Shown piece after piece: positions 31,584-44,305 of a stretch of DNA of 64,000 bases. The notes under the pieces are model-generated. The model did no database searches and had not been told where the DNA came from. It worked only from the letters and a program-made list of their open reading frames with translations. Position 1 is the first letter of the stretch. Each line of letters opens with the position of its first letter. Position numbers and translations under genes: made by a program. The stretch covers positions 5,875 to 69,874 of the forward strand of contig NIVC01002540.1 of the NCBI GenBank assembly GCA_002269645.1, given 5' to 3'. This stretch comes from Macrostomum lignano. Its lineage: Eukaryota.

Positions 31584-33208
31584 CGGATGCCGATGGGGGG
31601 GGGGTATTTCAAATACCCAAAAAGTTATCCACGCCATAACTCTTGAACCCGACCATGGATTCGTCTGAAAATTCACAGTACGGGCTAAAATTTATCGAGT
31701 AATCTGATGAAGCCATCGCCGACTCTCTCCGACATCGAGATCGTCGAGATATTCAGCGATTCTCAAGGAGGTCCCCCTGTTTTTGAAGGCAAACCGTCGA
31801 ATTCAGTGGCTAGGTCTTGACACCAGGCAGTAAGGTGCACAAAATGATCCCAAACCTCATTTCAGCCATTGGTGAGGTAACCCAGAACACTTGTAGTGCG
31901 CTACAACAATGCCCCGTGGCCACCGTCGACCATCGTCAGGACATTCAACGAGCACATTCTGACATCATCGGAATTTGAGATCCGAAACAAATTTCGGTCA
32001 AATATTTATTATGAAATTTTGTCAATGAGCAACCTACGAACCACTGCAGTCACGCCTAGTTATTTTGCGCCGTTTCGCTTATCGATCGTTAGGAAAAATG
32101 TCCAAGGATCAATTTGAAAAAAAACAGAATCGCACGAAGTTTTTATTTGTTCATAAACGCAGCAATTTTCTTTTTTTAGCACACAGAAAGTGCTTGTGAA
32201 TTGTTCTTAAAACTGGCGCAACAGAGTAAAGTCGCTATGGAACGGTGTCATTGAATAAACAGTCTAATAAACATGGAATAAACAGTTGTAAAGGAATAAA
32301 CAGTCTGCAATGATCTGCAATAAACAGCATGCAATGGACGCATGAACCAAAATTGTACACAGCAAGGCCTCCACTTTTTTCATTCACCGCCATGTCTTGT
32401 CCCACCTGTCTTGTTCCACGTAAACTTTTAGTGTCACTTTCTCTTACTCACTCAGACTTTTACACTAAAAGATGTACCCAGTTTTGTCCAAATTAACGAA
32501 AAAAATCGGTTTAGCTGAATCGAAATGCAGAATCTATATGGACTAATAACTAGGCGTGACTGCAGTGGTTCGTAGGTTGCTCATTAGTTAGTTGCGCGCT
32601 TAGATTGCTAGGGTGCTCATTGGTGAGGCTTGATCAAGAATTTCTAGCCAAAGTATATGCTAGACTGTCAGAAGTCGGATGGACACATCCGTTGAAGGTC
32701 CCGACGGTCGTCCAGACGGTCGGGATGGTGCAGGAAGTATAGTGACTGCAGTGGTTCGTAGGCTGCTCATTGACAAAATTTCATAATAAATATTTGACCG
32801 AAATTTGTTTCGGATCTCAAATTCCGATGATGTCAGAATGTGCTCGTTGAATGTCCTGACGATGGTCGACGGTGGCCACGGGGCATTGTTGTAGCGCACT
32901 ACAAGTGTTCTGGGTTACCTCACCAATGGCTGAAATGAGGTTTGGGATCATTTTGTGTACCTTACTGCCTGGTGTCAAGACCTAGCCACTGAATTCGACG
33001 GTTTGCCTTCAAAAACAGGGGGACCTCCTTGAGAATCGCTGAATATCTCGACGATCTCGATGTCGGAGAGAGTCGGCGATGGCTTCATCAGATTACTCGA
33101 TAAATTTTAGCCCGTACTGTGAATTTTCAGACGAATCCATGGTCGGGTTCAAGAGTTATGGCGTGGATAACTTTTTGGGTATTTGAAATACCCCCCCATC
33201 GGCATCCG
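31584..33208. mobile_element. Non-autonomous foldback/MITE-like element with about 470-bp terminal inverted repeats
   Basis: 31584-32053 is the near-perfect reverse complement of 32742-33208. A 41-bp nested inverted copy lies at about 32545-32585. No transposase ORF and no clear TSD. Confidence 0.85.
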
Positions 33209-34251
33209 CCTGTTTTAAGAATCCTAAACTAATGACAATTCTCAAGATGGATTAACGATGATATCTGATACTAAGTGACAAACTTTTAACTGAGTAACGA
33301 ATCTCTTTTGAGTTCTGAAATCCCCATCTCAGAATCCGAAATATCATCTCCAAATCCGAAATCCCAATCTCAAGTTCCGAAATCCAAATATTTTAAGTTT
33401 CAAAATCCTAAAATCTTAAGTTCCAAGATCCCAATCACAAAAATCGAAATCCCAATCTCTGGCTTTGAAATCCCAATCTTAGGACATATGTAGCCACCAA
33501 GGCTTGACAATTTTAATTTATTGCATGTGGCGGCCAGACTACGCGACCGGCAGCACCAGTGCAGACGCACTGGAAACCCCCCCCCGCCTCTGTCTAGCTG
33601 AGGTGGGGTGGGTGCGCGCCAAGCTAGCCGGCTCGCTAAGCCAGGGGGGTTGGCGTAGCCAATCACGCCACGCCACATGTGCGCACCTCCCTCGGCCCCT
33701 CAATAATCTCGCGCTGTTTTCACTTGTATAAATATACGCGCAATGCAGTGCAACATCTTCGCTGCCATTCCATCTATTGAAACAAAAAAAAGGCCTTCCG
33801 CCTCATGCAGAAAAATTATTTTTTGGATTCTAATAAATGAGACGGTTTATGTAATAACGAAGTAATAAAACTCTAAGCATTGCTAAAAAGTGACAAATTT
33901 TGATTATTAAAGTACACCACAAGGCAAGCAAGCGGTACAATAGTTACGCATGTACATGTACCAGTACAGCAGACTTACAGTTCGACATGCCAATCTGAAT
34001 CAGCGCACGTGAAATTGGGGCAGAAAATGCAAGCAGAAAAAAATAATATACTCGTATACAGCTTCAATATTTACAGGCTTCATTGCTTGTTGAGTTGCGG
34101 CACGAATACACGCGACCGAACTACTATTAGTAGTATTGTAGCGAGTTTCATTTCACTCCAGTTTATCTACAGTCTATGAAACGAGCTCTAGAGAATTAAT
34201 TATCCGCGCGTGTCGACAGCTGTTGACATCTGCGATTTGAAAGTCCAGGGT

Positions 34252-35711
34252 TCAGACAGTGGTCAGTTCAACAGTGTCGCTGCTGACGGCGGCGGTTGTG
34301 GCGGCAGCGGTGGCGGTGCCAGCGTCGTTGCTCTGCTGTCGGTGTCGTCGGCGCTTGTGCCGGTCGGCAACAGGCGCCGGGCGCCGGCACGCCTGCCAGG
34401 CGTCGGACTGGCCAGCCGCAACCAGCAGGCGGCGCAGTTCGCCAACTGTGGCGGCGGCGGCGGCGGCGGCGGCGGATTCGGAGTAGCGACGCAGGAGGAG
34501 GCCGGCGGGGCTGGTGGAGTCAGCTCGGGCGCGGGACTCCAGCTCGGAGACGGCGTCAGCGTTGTTGCCTGAAGAGAGGTGGGTAGCGATGTATTTTATC
34601 GCGCTAGTGGGCAAACTACTCTACTGATAGTAGGAAGGGCCGCAAATGCAATTATGATGCTTCCGATAGCATAGATAAACTGAGCTGCAGTCCCTGCACT
34701 GCCCTGAGCTGCAGTCCCTGCACTGCCTGAGCTGCAGTCCCTGCACTGCCTGAGCTGCAGTCCCTGCACTGCCTGAGCTGCAGTCCCTGCACTGCCCTGA
34801 GCAGCAGTCCCTGCACTGCCCTGAGCTGCAGTCCCTGCACTGCCCTGAGCTGCAGTCCCTGCACTGCCTGAGCTGCAGTCCCTGCACTGCCCTGAGCTGC
34901 AGTCCCTGCACTGCCCTGAGCTGCAGTCCCTGCACTGCCTGAGCTGCAGTCCCTGCACTGCCCTGAGCTGCAGTCCCTGCACTGCCCTGAGCTGCAGTCC
35001 CTGCACTGCCTGAGCTGCAGTCCCTGCACTGCCTGAGCTGCAGTCCCTGCACTGCCTGAGCTGCAGTCCCTGCACTGCCCTGAGCTGCAGTCCCTGCACT
35101 GCCTGAGCTGCAGTCCCTGCACTGCCCTGAGCTGCAGTCCCTGCACTGCCTGAGCTGCAGTCCCTGCACTGCCCTGAGCTGCAGTCCCTGCACTGCCCTG
35201 AGCTGCAGTCCCTGCACTGCCTGAGCTGCAATCCCTGCACTGCCTGAGCTGCAGTCCCTGTACTGCCCTGAGCTGCAGTCCCAAGGACCGCCAGACTCAC
35301 CCATCTCAGCAGCCAGAGCTTTCCAACCATCTCGACAGTCCAGCGCCAGCTCCAGACGCCTCAGTCGCGAGTCGGGCAAGTCAGCCAGCGGCAGCGCATC
35401 GTCTGGAAAGTCGTCTTCGGCTTCGAAGTCGGGCACAGCAGCCTCGGTCAGCGGAGCGGTGACGTCGGCTGTGTGCGACGAGTGCAACGGCGGCTGCAGC
35501 TTCGAGTCGCGGCCGCGGCTGCGCGCGTGCTTGAGCACAACCCAGAGCACCAGGCCGCAGATGAGGGCGCCAAGGAGGCCGCAGTACAGAGGGATCAGGT
35601 TGCTGGCGCCCGCGTTGGGCGCTCTGGACGGAAGAGGCTGCGCCAGCGGCTCTGTGTGATGGGGAACGGGGAGGGAACTGGCGTTGATAGATGCTGTCTC
35701 ATTGGGGAGAT
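34252..35711 (-). CDS. p75NTR/NRADD-like single-pass membrane protein with death domain (last two exons)
   Basis: Phase-compatible exons 35711-35301 and 34568-34252. The TM NLIPLYCGLLGALICGLVLWVVLK resembles p75NTR NLIPVYCSILAAVVVGLVAYIAFK. Death-domain-like DGWKALAAEMG|...SPAGLLLRRY...TVGELRRLL. Confidence 0.8.
34677..35281. repeat. Intronic 23/24-bp tandem repeat (CTGAGCTGCAGTCCCTGCACTGC[C])n
   Basis: Directly visible; fills the intron that splits the death domain. Confidence 0.96.
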
Positions 35712-36439
35712 CTGGGAGAGTGGTTGGGGAAAGAAAAAGAAAAATTAGGCCAAAATCCACGCCTTATGAAAGCCAACCCCTAAACTGATTGACTGATTAC
35801 AAGACTGATTACAAAGGCTTACAGATTACAGTTCTCTGTACAGTGTATAGTTTACAAAGTTGTCAAATGCACTCAGTGTCTGAGTTTTATTAACTGCCGA
35901 TTCCACAGCCCTCAGGTCTTAGCGACAGAGCGTCAACCTGGAGGAAAAAATGGACAGTTCAGAACACCTAGCAAAACAAGCATGGAGTTATCTAACTCAT
36001 ATTTCATAATCAACGGTTTCGATGACAGCACAGAATTCACGTAGAAGATTGAAAGCAACCCAAACAGACGGAACCCAGGCTCCTTATCGCGCCTCATCAA
36101 TCAGTAGCTACCGGAGCGGCCCCCCGGGATTCTCGGTGGGACAACAAATCGCTGCCTGTTACGCAATCGCATCGCGACTGACTCGGATGAACGCGAAACA
36201 CCAGGCGCAGACAGTCGCAATATACAGTATAGAAGTCAGCCACGAGTATACAAGCTACAGATAAGGAATCTGTTTGACTATCTCTTAGGACAAGAAAACA
36301 ATTCACTTCAAGGAACAACCAACTCTTAGCCAAACCCACACTACATACACAATGAGGCCGACTGCAGGTTTTCAGTTTCAGATTGGGGAGTTTTTCTGCA
36401 TCATTTTTTGCATTTTTAGAATAGCTAGCTTCTGAGTCT

Positions 36440-36830
36440 CAGTCCTCTCTTTTGAGTCTACTGTCTACTCTTCTGAGTCTACTGTCCTCTCTTCTGAGTC
36501 TACTGTCTTCTCTTCTGAGTCTACTGTCCTCTCTTCTGAGTCTACTGTCCTCTCTTCTGAGTCTACTGTCTACTCTTTTGAGTCTACTGTCTACTCTTTT
36601 GAGTTTACTGTCCTCTCTTCTGAGTCTACTGTCTACTCTTTTGAGTCTACTGTCCTCTCTTCTGACTCTACTGTCCTCTCTTCTGAGTCTACTGTCCTCT
36701 CTTCTGAGTCTACTGTCCTCTCTTCTGAGTCTACTGTCCTCTCTTCTGAGTCTACTGTCCTCTCTTCTGACTCTACTGTCCTCTCTTCTGAGTCTATTGT
36801 CCTCTCTTCTGACTCTACTTTCCTCTCTTC
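36440..36830. repeat. 21-bp tandem repeat (TCTGAGTCTACTGTCCTCTCT)n
   Basis: Directly visible. Confidence 0.93.
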
Positions 36831-39800
36831 CGAGTCTAATGTCTCCCCTCTCCGCTTTCCCACCTCACTCCGCTAAAAGCGACACATCGCGACCAAAAAG
36901 CCAGGGAAACGCGGAACATTTGGCCGGCACTGCAGCACAAAGCAAGCATCGAAAGCCATTCAGCAAAGAGATCGTGAGCGGGTTTGGCTGTTGCCTCAGG
37001 CATTCTTGTTGCCATAGTGGGGTCAGCCGAGGCTAACTGAAGCTACTGAGCGATAAATCAGTGACCAGCCTTTGGCAGGCGGGCGGCGGGCAGCACTGCA
37101 GCGGCCCATCTGCTGCAAGTCCTGCAGGGTCCGCCGTTTCTGTCCGAACTGAATATTCATTTCCTTTTAGCCCGCACCGCCATCCGCGCGCCTGACGCAA
37201 GGGCTAGCCCAGCCCAGCCGGCTAAGACTGATGACGACGCCCAGAGGCTGGGCGACCAGGTTCTCCAATTGGGGATCGGAGGGCAACGGTGCATGGGCCG
37301 AGCTGGCTAGAGGCATGCGTGTGAAGCATTTCTGTAAAGCAAAGCTGTTTAAGTACGCATGTACTTTAATAAAAGATAAGCTCAAATAGTTGTACGCAGT
37401 ATCAAAGGGACTTCCGGGATTCTCCGTAGCGCTTTTAAGGGATTTCAGGGGGTTCGCTCAGGGACTTCAATGATTCTTCAAGGGGATTTCAGGGGATTCC
37501 TTCAGGGACTTCAGGCATTATTCAAGGGGATTTCAGGGGCTTCTCTGAGGGACTTCAGGGATTCTTCAAGGGGATTTCACCTTTAGTCTTTTTGGGATTC
37601 GGGATCAGGATTTGCAAGCTTGCTGCAATTCTGGACTCTGGATTAAAGGCAAGAAAAATCAGGGCCATAAACGGCAGGATCCCCCAACAGAATGATTTGT
37701 TGCACCTGCCAGAAGTTCCCCCCCCCACCCCGAGTAGCGCCATCCCAACTTTGATAAATAACAATAGCGGGGCAATAACGTTCCTATGGTTTATGCTTGC
37801 GAACTGCTGCGCAACCAGCCACAGTGCTTAGCCATATATTAGCATGCAGGCAACCCCCGGCCAGCGAACACCTTTTAAATTAGGCGGAGTGTAGTTGGAG
37901 TGGAGCGGGCGTATGTCGGTGTGTGTGTGTGTGTGTGTGTGTGTGGTTAAGACCCAACCCGCACCCAGCGCCCGAACACAGTCAGAAATATATGGGGCTT
38001 GCGCAAGCGCGGTCCCTTTGTGGCGCCGCCCGCTGCCGCGCGGCTAAAGGGCTGATGGGGTTGGCGGCCGCCTCTGTGAGTCAAAAATAAGAGAGGCCAG
38101 CACCAGCCGCCCCAGGATTTTACAACCCGAAAAAAGTTTTATTGCCAATCCCTCCGTCCCGTTGGCCTGGCCTATCCAGAAAAATTAAGCAGCGAGTGAG
38201 AGAGAGATCAAAGGGGCCGCTAAAGAGAGAGCAGCCTCATTTAAAATGAACCAGACTGTGACTGTCTGTCTACCTGGGCCCGCGCCTCCCCAAGATCATA
38301 TTAGCATTTTTTATCGTGATTTACTGCCACCTTGCGGCCTAGACTGGCTGGGAGGGAGAGAGTTTAGCATTCACTAGCTGCTATTATAGAACTGTTACAA
38401 TTGCCGAACTGCAGGAAATTAACGGCGAAAATGGTATTAAAAATGAATCAATAGAATGTCATTTTTTACCGATGAAGTTTTAATAACAGAATTTTTTTAT
38501 TTATTATCCCCGGGGAGGCAGACTGTCTGGGACTGACGGGCCCAGATTGGGGACACGGGAAGGGCCCAGATGTGGGACGGTGCTCGTCAACTCAGCTATT
38601 TTATATAAGTAGTCGCAGAGAGCCAATTAATTCTTTCAAAGCTTTCGTTTTCTGACGCAGAACAGCCTCTTGGAGGATGGAGAGGATGGCTGGGAATCTG
38701 GAGCAGTAAAAAGAAAGATGGAGAGAAAGACGAGACGAGAACAGGGGTAGAATGGCTGGTATATAGTGTTTCTAGGACCTACGAACTCTCGTAATTCTAA
38801 ACAGAGGGGCGGGTTCCTCCCCAGTTAATGGCTCTACACTTTGATGACGCCCCGGAAACTGTGCAACCGCCTCGTTTGTCAAGTGGAAAATTGAATGGTT
38901 TGCATTCTTAAAATACTCGTAATGCGAAATCAAGGGCAAGGCTGCTAATCTGCTATGCTGTTAATGTAACTGTAGCTTGTGACACGATGTGGTGCACTTG
39001 CAGCCTATATGGGCCTTGATTTTCGTTGGTTATTACATTCAATTTAAATTCGTGCCAAAACGGACATCGTTAAAATCGTTCCGGTTATTCCCCAAAATAC
39101 AATTAGGCTTAAGAGTAAGTGAATACTTTCAGGACTTCATAAATTAAAATGTGTTTACTGTTTAAAGTTAGTTTTCAAGGCGTTCAATGATGATTAAAAA
39201 GTTAGTTTTTGGCGCGAATTTGAATTAAACAATCAAAACCATAAAGCACTCTGTGACGTCAAAACGGCACAGCTATATAAACACGAACCTTCAGTCGAGA
39301 CAGCGGCGGTGAAGTTCTTCAGTCGATCTTGCACCAGGCCGTTGTCAATCAGCACCTTCCAGTCCATCAGCGAGGAGCCGCCGCCGCCGCCGCCAGCATC
39401 AACCGATGACGCCTCGGACGAAGCAGCTGCACCGGCACTGCGTTCGCTGACTGATGCCGCTGCTGGTGGCATGGACGATCTGTCGCGAGCGTGGAATAAT
39501 CTTCGAAATCTTGGTTGGGATTAATTGGTTCCTTGCAGAGTCTGTGTGGGCAATGGCTCTGTTGCTAGTGTCGGCTTTTTAAAAGCTTTTTTCTGGCCAA
39601 TGACAGAAGAGCACTGACTAGTGACTTGCAGCTTTTGCCCCGACCATGGACCGCTAAAGAACTGGATTGGATATAGCCGAGAATCTTCCGTCTTCACACA
39701 GATTGCTGAATATTAGGAGCGCTGCGCAAATTCATTATACTTCTTAATCTTGATGGATTTCAAGTAACGATATTCACACAGTAAAATTATATTAGCAAAA

Positions 39801-40079
39801 TCAGTGAAGAGCTGAAGAACTCTGCAGGCTGAACGATTTTTCCTATCTCTGTATATTAGGCGCACGGGTCCGCTTCCAGTCCAGACATCTATAGAGGTCT
39901 CTGGCCCGACGGTGCAGGAAATGAAAATTCCCTTGTTAGCCAATGGCGAGCGAGCAGTTGGACAGCCTTCTGACAAACTTGGGAGACTATAAAACCAATA
40001 ATTGTATTATAGATCCATTCGAAAACCGCATCATAAGTCTCAATAAAATTACGATGTAACATGATACAGCTACTGAGCG

Positions 40080-40740
40080 TCTTTGGCGCCGAACTCGGCT
40101 CTGTTTGGAGCGCTATAAAATAAGTGTCATTGGCGCCGAACTCGGCTCTGTTTGGAGCGCTATAAAATAGGTGTCATTTGGCGCCGAACTCGGCTCTGTT
40201 TGGAGCGCTATAAAATAAGTGTCATTGGCGCCGAACTCGGCTCTGTTTGGAGCGCTATAAAATAAGTGTCATTGGCGCCGAACTCGGCTCTGTTTGGAGC
40301 GCTATAAAATGGATGTCATTTGGCGCCGAACTCGGCTCTGTTTGGAGCGCTATAAAATAAGTGTCATTGGCGCCGAACTCGGCTCTGTTTGGAGCGCTAT
40401 AAAATGGATGTCATTTGGCGCCGAACTCGGCTCTGTTTGGAGCGCTATAAAATAAGTGTCATTGGCGCCGAACTCGGCTCTGTTTGGAGCGCTATAAAAT
40501 AGGTGTCATTTGGCGCCGAACTCGGCTCTGTTTGGAGCGCTATAAAATAGGTGTCATTTGGCGCCGAACTCGGCTCTGTTTGGAGCGCTATAAAATAAGT
40601 GTCATTGGCGCCGAACTCGGCTCTGTTAGGAGCGCTATAAAATGGATGTCATTAGCGCCGAACTCGGCTCTGTTAGCTCGTAGGAGCGCTATAAAATAGG
40701 TGTCATTAGCGCCGAACTCGGCTCTGTTAGCTCGTAGGAG
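40080..40740. repeat. 47/48-bp tandem repeat (TTGGCGCCGAACTCGGCTCTGTTTGGAGCGCTATAAAATAAGTGTCA)n, about 14 copies
   Basis: Directly visible; each unit has a GCCGA-AC-TCGGC stem and TATAAAA. Confidence 0.95.
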
Positions 40741-41379
40741 CGCTAGAATCCTTTATTTGTTTTGTCAAAGCCAAAAAATAAAAAAGTCAAAATCGCAAAC
40801 ATAATTAGGTGGGAGGGGGGTTTAAAGAGCTCACAGCTCGGCACCAACTCAATTCGAATCGAATAGAAGAGGGTCGTGACTATCAATACATTTTAGTCAG
40901 TTTTATGACCCAGCCAGCCGGTTCAAAGCAGCTTGGGCGCGCAAGTGTACACAGCAATTTATCAGTACCCTTTTGCCCCAGGCCTATATACGAGTGAGCA
41001 CGACATGGGTTAACAGCCAGCGGTGTAGCTACGAGAGGCCAAGTATAGAACAGCCGGCCTTTTGAGTCACTCATCAGCTTTTTGATCTTACCGCCCAAGA
41101 TAAGAGGGAGAGGCGGGGGGCGGAGTAGTATAGGGGTGGCGGTTTTTGTTTGAGCGCCCACTGCACAGCTATGGCGGCGGCTACCATGAAGCTGTGTGAG
41201 CAATGTTATAAGGATTTTCGGTCAATATTAATAATGAGGAGGATAATTATATCGAATGAGCCTGTCCAGAGACTCACAAATTCAGGATAAACAGCAGAGC
41301 AGACTCCTTCCGGTTTAACAGTAAGCACCCAAGGCCGATTCTATGATGGTAGCTCTTGCATTCCATGTAACAATGGGCC

Positions 41380-42020
41380 GAAGTGCCAACATCGTGGGGA
41401 GTCAGAGAGCGCCAACATCTCACGAAGTATCAGGATTAAGAAACGCCAACATCCTGGAGTGTCAGGGGCGCCAAAATCTTGGAGAGTCAGGAGGCGTCAA
41501 CATCATGGTGTTAGGGGGCACCAAAATCTTGGAGAGTCAGTAGGCACCAAAATCTTGGAGAGTCAGGAGGCGCCAACATCATGGTGTTAGGGGGCGCCAA
41601 AATCTTGGAGAGTCAGTAGGCACCAAAATCTTGGAGAGTCAGGAGGCGTCAACATCATGGTGTTAGGGGGCACCAAAATCTTGGAGAGTCAGTAGGCACC
41701 AAAATCTTGGAGAGTCAGGAGGCGCCAACATCATGGTGTTAGGGGGCGCCAAAATCTTGGAGAGTCAGTAGGCACCAAAATCTTGGAGAGTCAGGAGGCG
41801 TCAACATCATGGTGTTAGGGGGCACCAAAATCTTGGAGAGTCAGTAGGCACCAAAATCTTGGAGAGTCAGGAGGCGCCAACATCATGGTGTTAGGGGGCG
41901 CCAAAATCTTGGAGAGTCAGGAGGCGCCAACATCACAGTGTCAGGGGGCGCCGAAAACATGACGTGTCAGGAGGCGCCAACATCATGGTGAGTCAGGAGG
42001 CGCCAACATCGCGGAGTGTC
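41380..42020. repeat. Higher-order tandem repeat (76 bp = 26+26+24-bp related monomers)
   Basis: 76-nt period measured (41541 to 41617); degenerate monomers at both edges. Confidence 0.9.
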
Positions 42021-42423
42021 AGGGTGGGCCAGCATGCATTATTTACGACATTTTCGCCACTTTAATAACGGCGGTGCACCCGATTTCGGACAGCACGGCC
42101 TCAAACGCAATTTAACTGTCTCATATTACCTCCAATTGAAGAGTGAATTTAGTAGTACAATCCAGTCCAACCAAGTATTTATTAATTATGAACAGGCAAC
42201 CAGGATCTTAGCATCCGAGAAAAGGTACTCGTACATATCAGGGGACAAGTTTATTTGTTTACAAATTAAAACCAAATTGAAACGAGCAAAGAAATGCAAA
42301 TTTATAGAAGACATCAGCATCGTTTTACAAAAATACCATTTTACCAACTTAGCTACTTAAAAGTAGCGTAGTAAGACTTTTTGAAAAATTGCTGCTATTT
42401 TGACTTAAAAAATTACTTATTCT

Positions 42424-43308
42424 CTAATTAGAATGCGACTTGGTCACCATTGCAGCGGACAGCTCAGTCTGGAAGGTGTCCACTGTCGCTGCCGCCACCT
42501 CAGCAGCCAGCCGATCACGCTGGCGCCGGTTGCAGAACCAGGTGAGAACAACTGGCTTAGGCAGGCCGAGGCGGCTGCTCAAAGCCGCCGAATCGGCTTT
42601 TGACAGATGCGGCGTGTGCAAATAGTGGCGCTCGAGCTGCGCCAACTGGGCGCCAGACGGCTGGCAGCGGGGGCGCCGGGCGCGCCGCTGTCGGATCAGC
42701 CGAGTCGGCGGCCCGACGGCGCCAGTCTCAGCTGCGCTGGCCGCGGCGGCTACGATGGAGTCGGCGGCCTCGGGACCGAGCAGCTCGCGAGCCTCGAGGT
42801 CGGCCAGCCAGCGGCGCAGCAGCGGCCAGACGTCGGTCATGTTGTCCAGACTGAGGTCGGCCAGCTCAAAGCGGCTGAGCATGCCCTGGCTGATTGTGCA
42901 CTTGTACAGCCGCTCCATTGCCAGACAGGCGTCCAGCTGCGAGTAGCCCAGCTCCTCCCGGCGCCGGCGAAACCGCTGGGCAAAGGCGGCCAGCTCCGCC
43001 ATGCTGGCGCCGGAAGGTCCGGCTGCGTCGGCGGCAGCGCTGGCAGCCGACTGCTGACGGGCCGCGTTGGCTGGCAACTCGGCGATGCTGGCACTCATCG
43101 AAGGCGCCAATAACTTGGTGTCGGCAGCATCGGCCGCGGCTTCGGCGCCGGCCCGCGGCAACAGCAGGAACTGCTGCCTATCCGGCGGGTACTGGCGGCA
43201 GCTCAGGCTGGGCGGCTGCTCAACTGGCACGGCATTCATGCGGCCGTCAATCAGGCTCTGGGCCAGGTGCTCCACCTGACGCTGGGTTACTAAGCCGCAT
43301 AGAGGCAC
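42424..43308 (-). CDS. Divergent POU-domain transcription factor, single-exon ORF
   Basis: POU-specific domain ELAAFAQRFRRRREELGYSQ...ISQGMLSRFE...LLRRWL and homeodomain ending VVLTWFCNRRQRDR (WFCNRRQ is the POU hallmark). Confidence 0.88.
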   Translation of the reverse strand: MPLCGLVTQRQVEHLAQSLIDGRMNAVPVEQPPSLSCRQYPPDRQQFLLLPRAGAEAAADAADTKLLAPSMSASIAELPANAARQQSAASAAADAAGPSGASMAELAAFAQRFRRRREELGYSQLDACLAMERLYKCTISQGMLSRFELADLSLDNMTDVWPLLRRWLADLEARELLGPEAADSIVAAAASAAETGAVGPPTRLIRQRRARRPRCQPSGAQLAQLERHYLHTPHLSKADSAALSSRLGLPKPVVLTWFCNRRQRDRLAAEVAAATVDTFQTELSAAMVTKSHSN

Positions 43309-43384
43309 AAGAATGTCTGGCCTGTTAAATATGATTGTGCGATGTCAGTAATGATGGCCTCTTAGTCTCGATGCCGTATACTCT

Positions 43385-44305
43385 GTTTGGGGGTGGGTGC
43401 CACTCTATTTGAGGCGTGGGTGCCACTCTATTTGAGGGGTGGGTGCCATTCTATTTGAGGGGTGGGTGCCATTCTATTTGAGGGGTGGGTGCCATTCTAT
43501 TTGAGGGGTGGGTGCCATTCTATTTGAGGGGTGGGTGCCATTCTATTTGAAAGGGTGGGTGCCACTCTATTTGAGGGTTGGGTGCCATTCTATTTGAGGG
43601 GTGGGTGCCATTCTATTTGAGGGGTGGGTGCCATTCTATTTGAAAGGGTGGGTGCCACTCTATTTGAGGGTTGGGTGCCATTCTATTTGAGGGGTGGGTG
43701 CCATTCTATTTGAGTGGTGGGTGCCATTCTATTTGAGGGGTGGGTGCCATTCTATTTGAGGGGTGGGTGCCATTCTTTTGAGTGGTGGGTGCCATTCTAT
43801 TTGAGTGGTGGGTGCCATTCTATTTGAGGGGTGGGTGCCATTCTATTTGAGTGGTGGGTGCCATTCTATTTGAGGGGTGGGTGCCATTCTATTTGAGTGG
43901 TGGGTGCCATTCTATTTGAGGGGTGGGTGCCATTCTATTTGAGTGGTGGGTGCCATTCTATTTGAGTGGTGGGTGCCATTCTATTTGAGTGGTGGGTGCC
44001 ATTCTATTTGAGGGGTGGGTGCCACTCTATTTGAGGGGTGGGTGCCATTCTATTTGAGGGGTGGGTGCCATTCTATTTGAGGGGTGGGTGCCACTCTATT
44101 TGAGGGGTGGGTGCCATTCTATTTGAGGGGTGGGTGCCATTCTATTTGAGGGGTGGGTGCCATTCTATTTGAGGGGTGGGTGCCATTCTATTTGAGTGGT
44201 GGGTGCCATTCTATTTGAGTGGTGGGTGCCATTCTATTTGAGGGGTGGGTGCCACTCTATTTGAGGGGTGGGTGCCATTCTATTTGAGGGGTGGGTGCCA
44301 TTCTA
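43385..44305. repeat. 24-bp tandem satellite (GGTGGGTGCCATTCTATTTGAGGG)n, about 38 copies
   Basis: Directly visible; starts about 80 bp upstream of the POU ORF. Confidence 0.96.

Noticed and set aside
37090-37160. Possible TNFR Cys-rich exon (SDRNGGPCRTCSR, minus strand) upstream of the p75-like gene
   Set aside because: The motif is incomplete, would need a frameshift and has no convincing donor. It is worth rechecking against transcripts.
39309-39524. MIP/allatostatin-B-like peptide AWNNLRNLGW
   Set aside because: It has W-x7-W spacing, no amidation Gly or dibasic site, no signal peptide and only a single copy.
40080-40740. CRISPR-like array (palindromic repeat of about 47 bp)
   Set aside because: The units are head-to-tail without unique spacers, there are no cas genes and the context is eukaryotic. 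The same applies to the other arrays.
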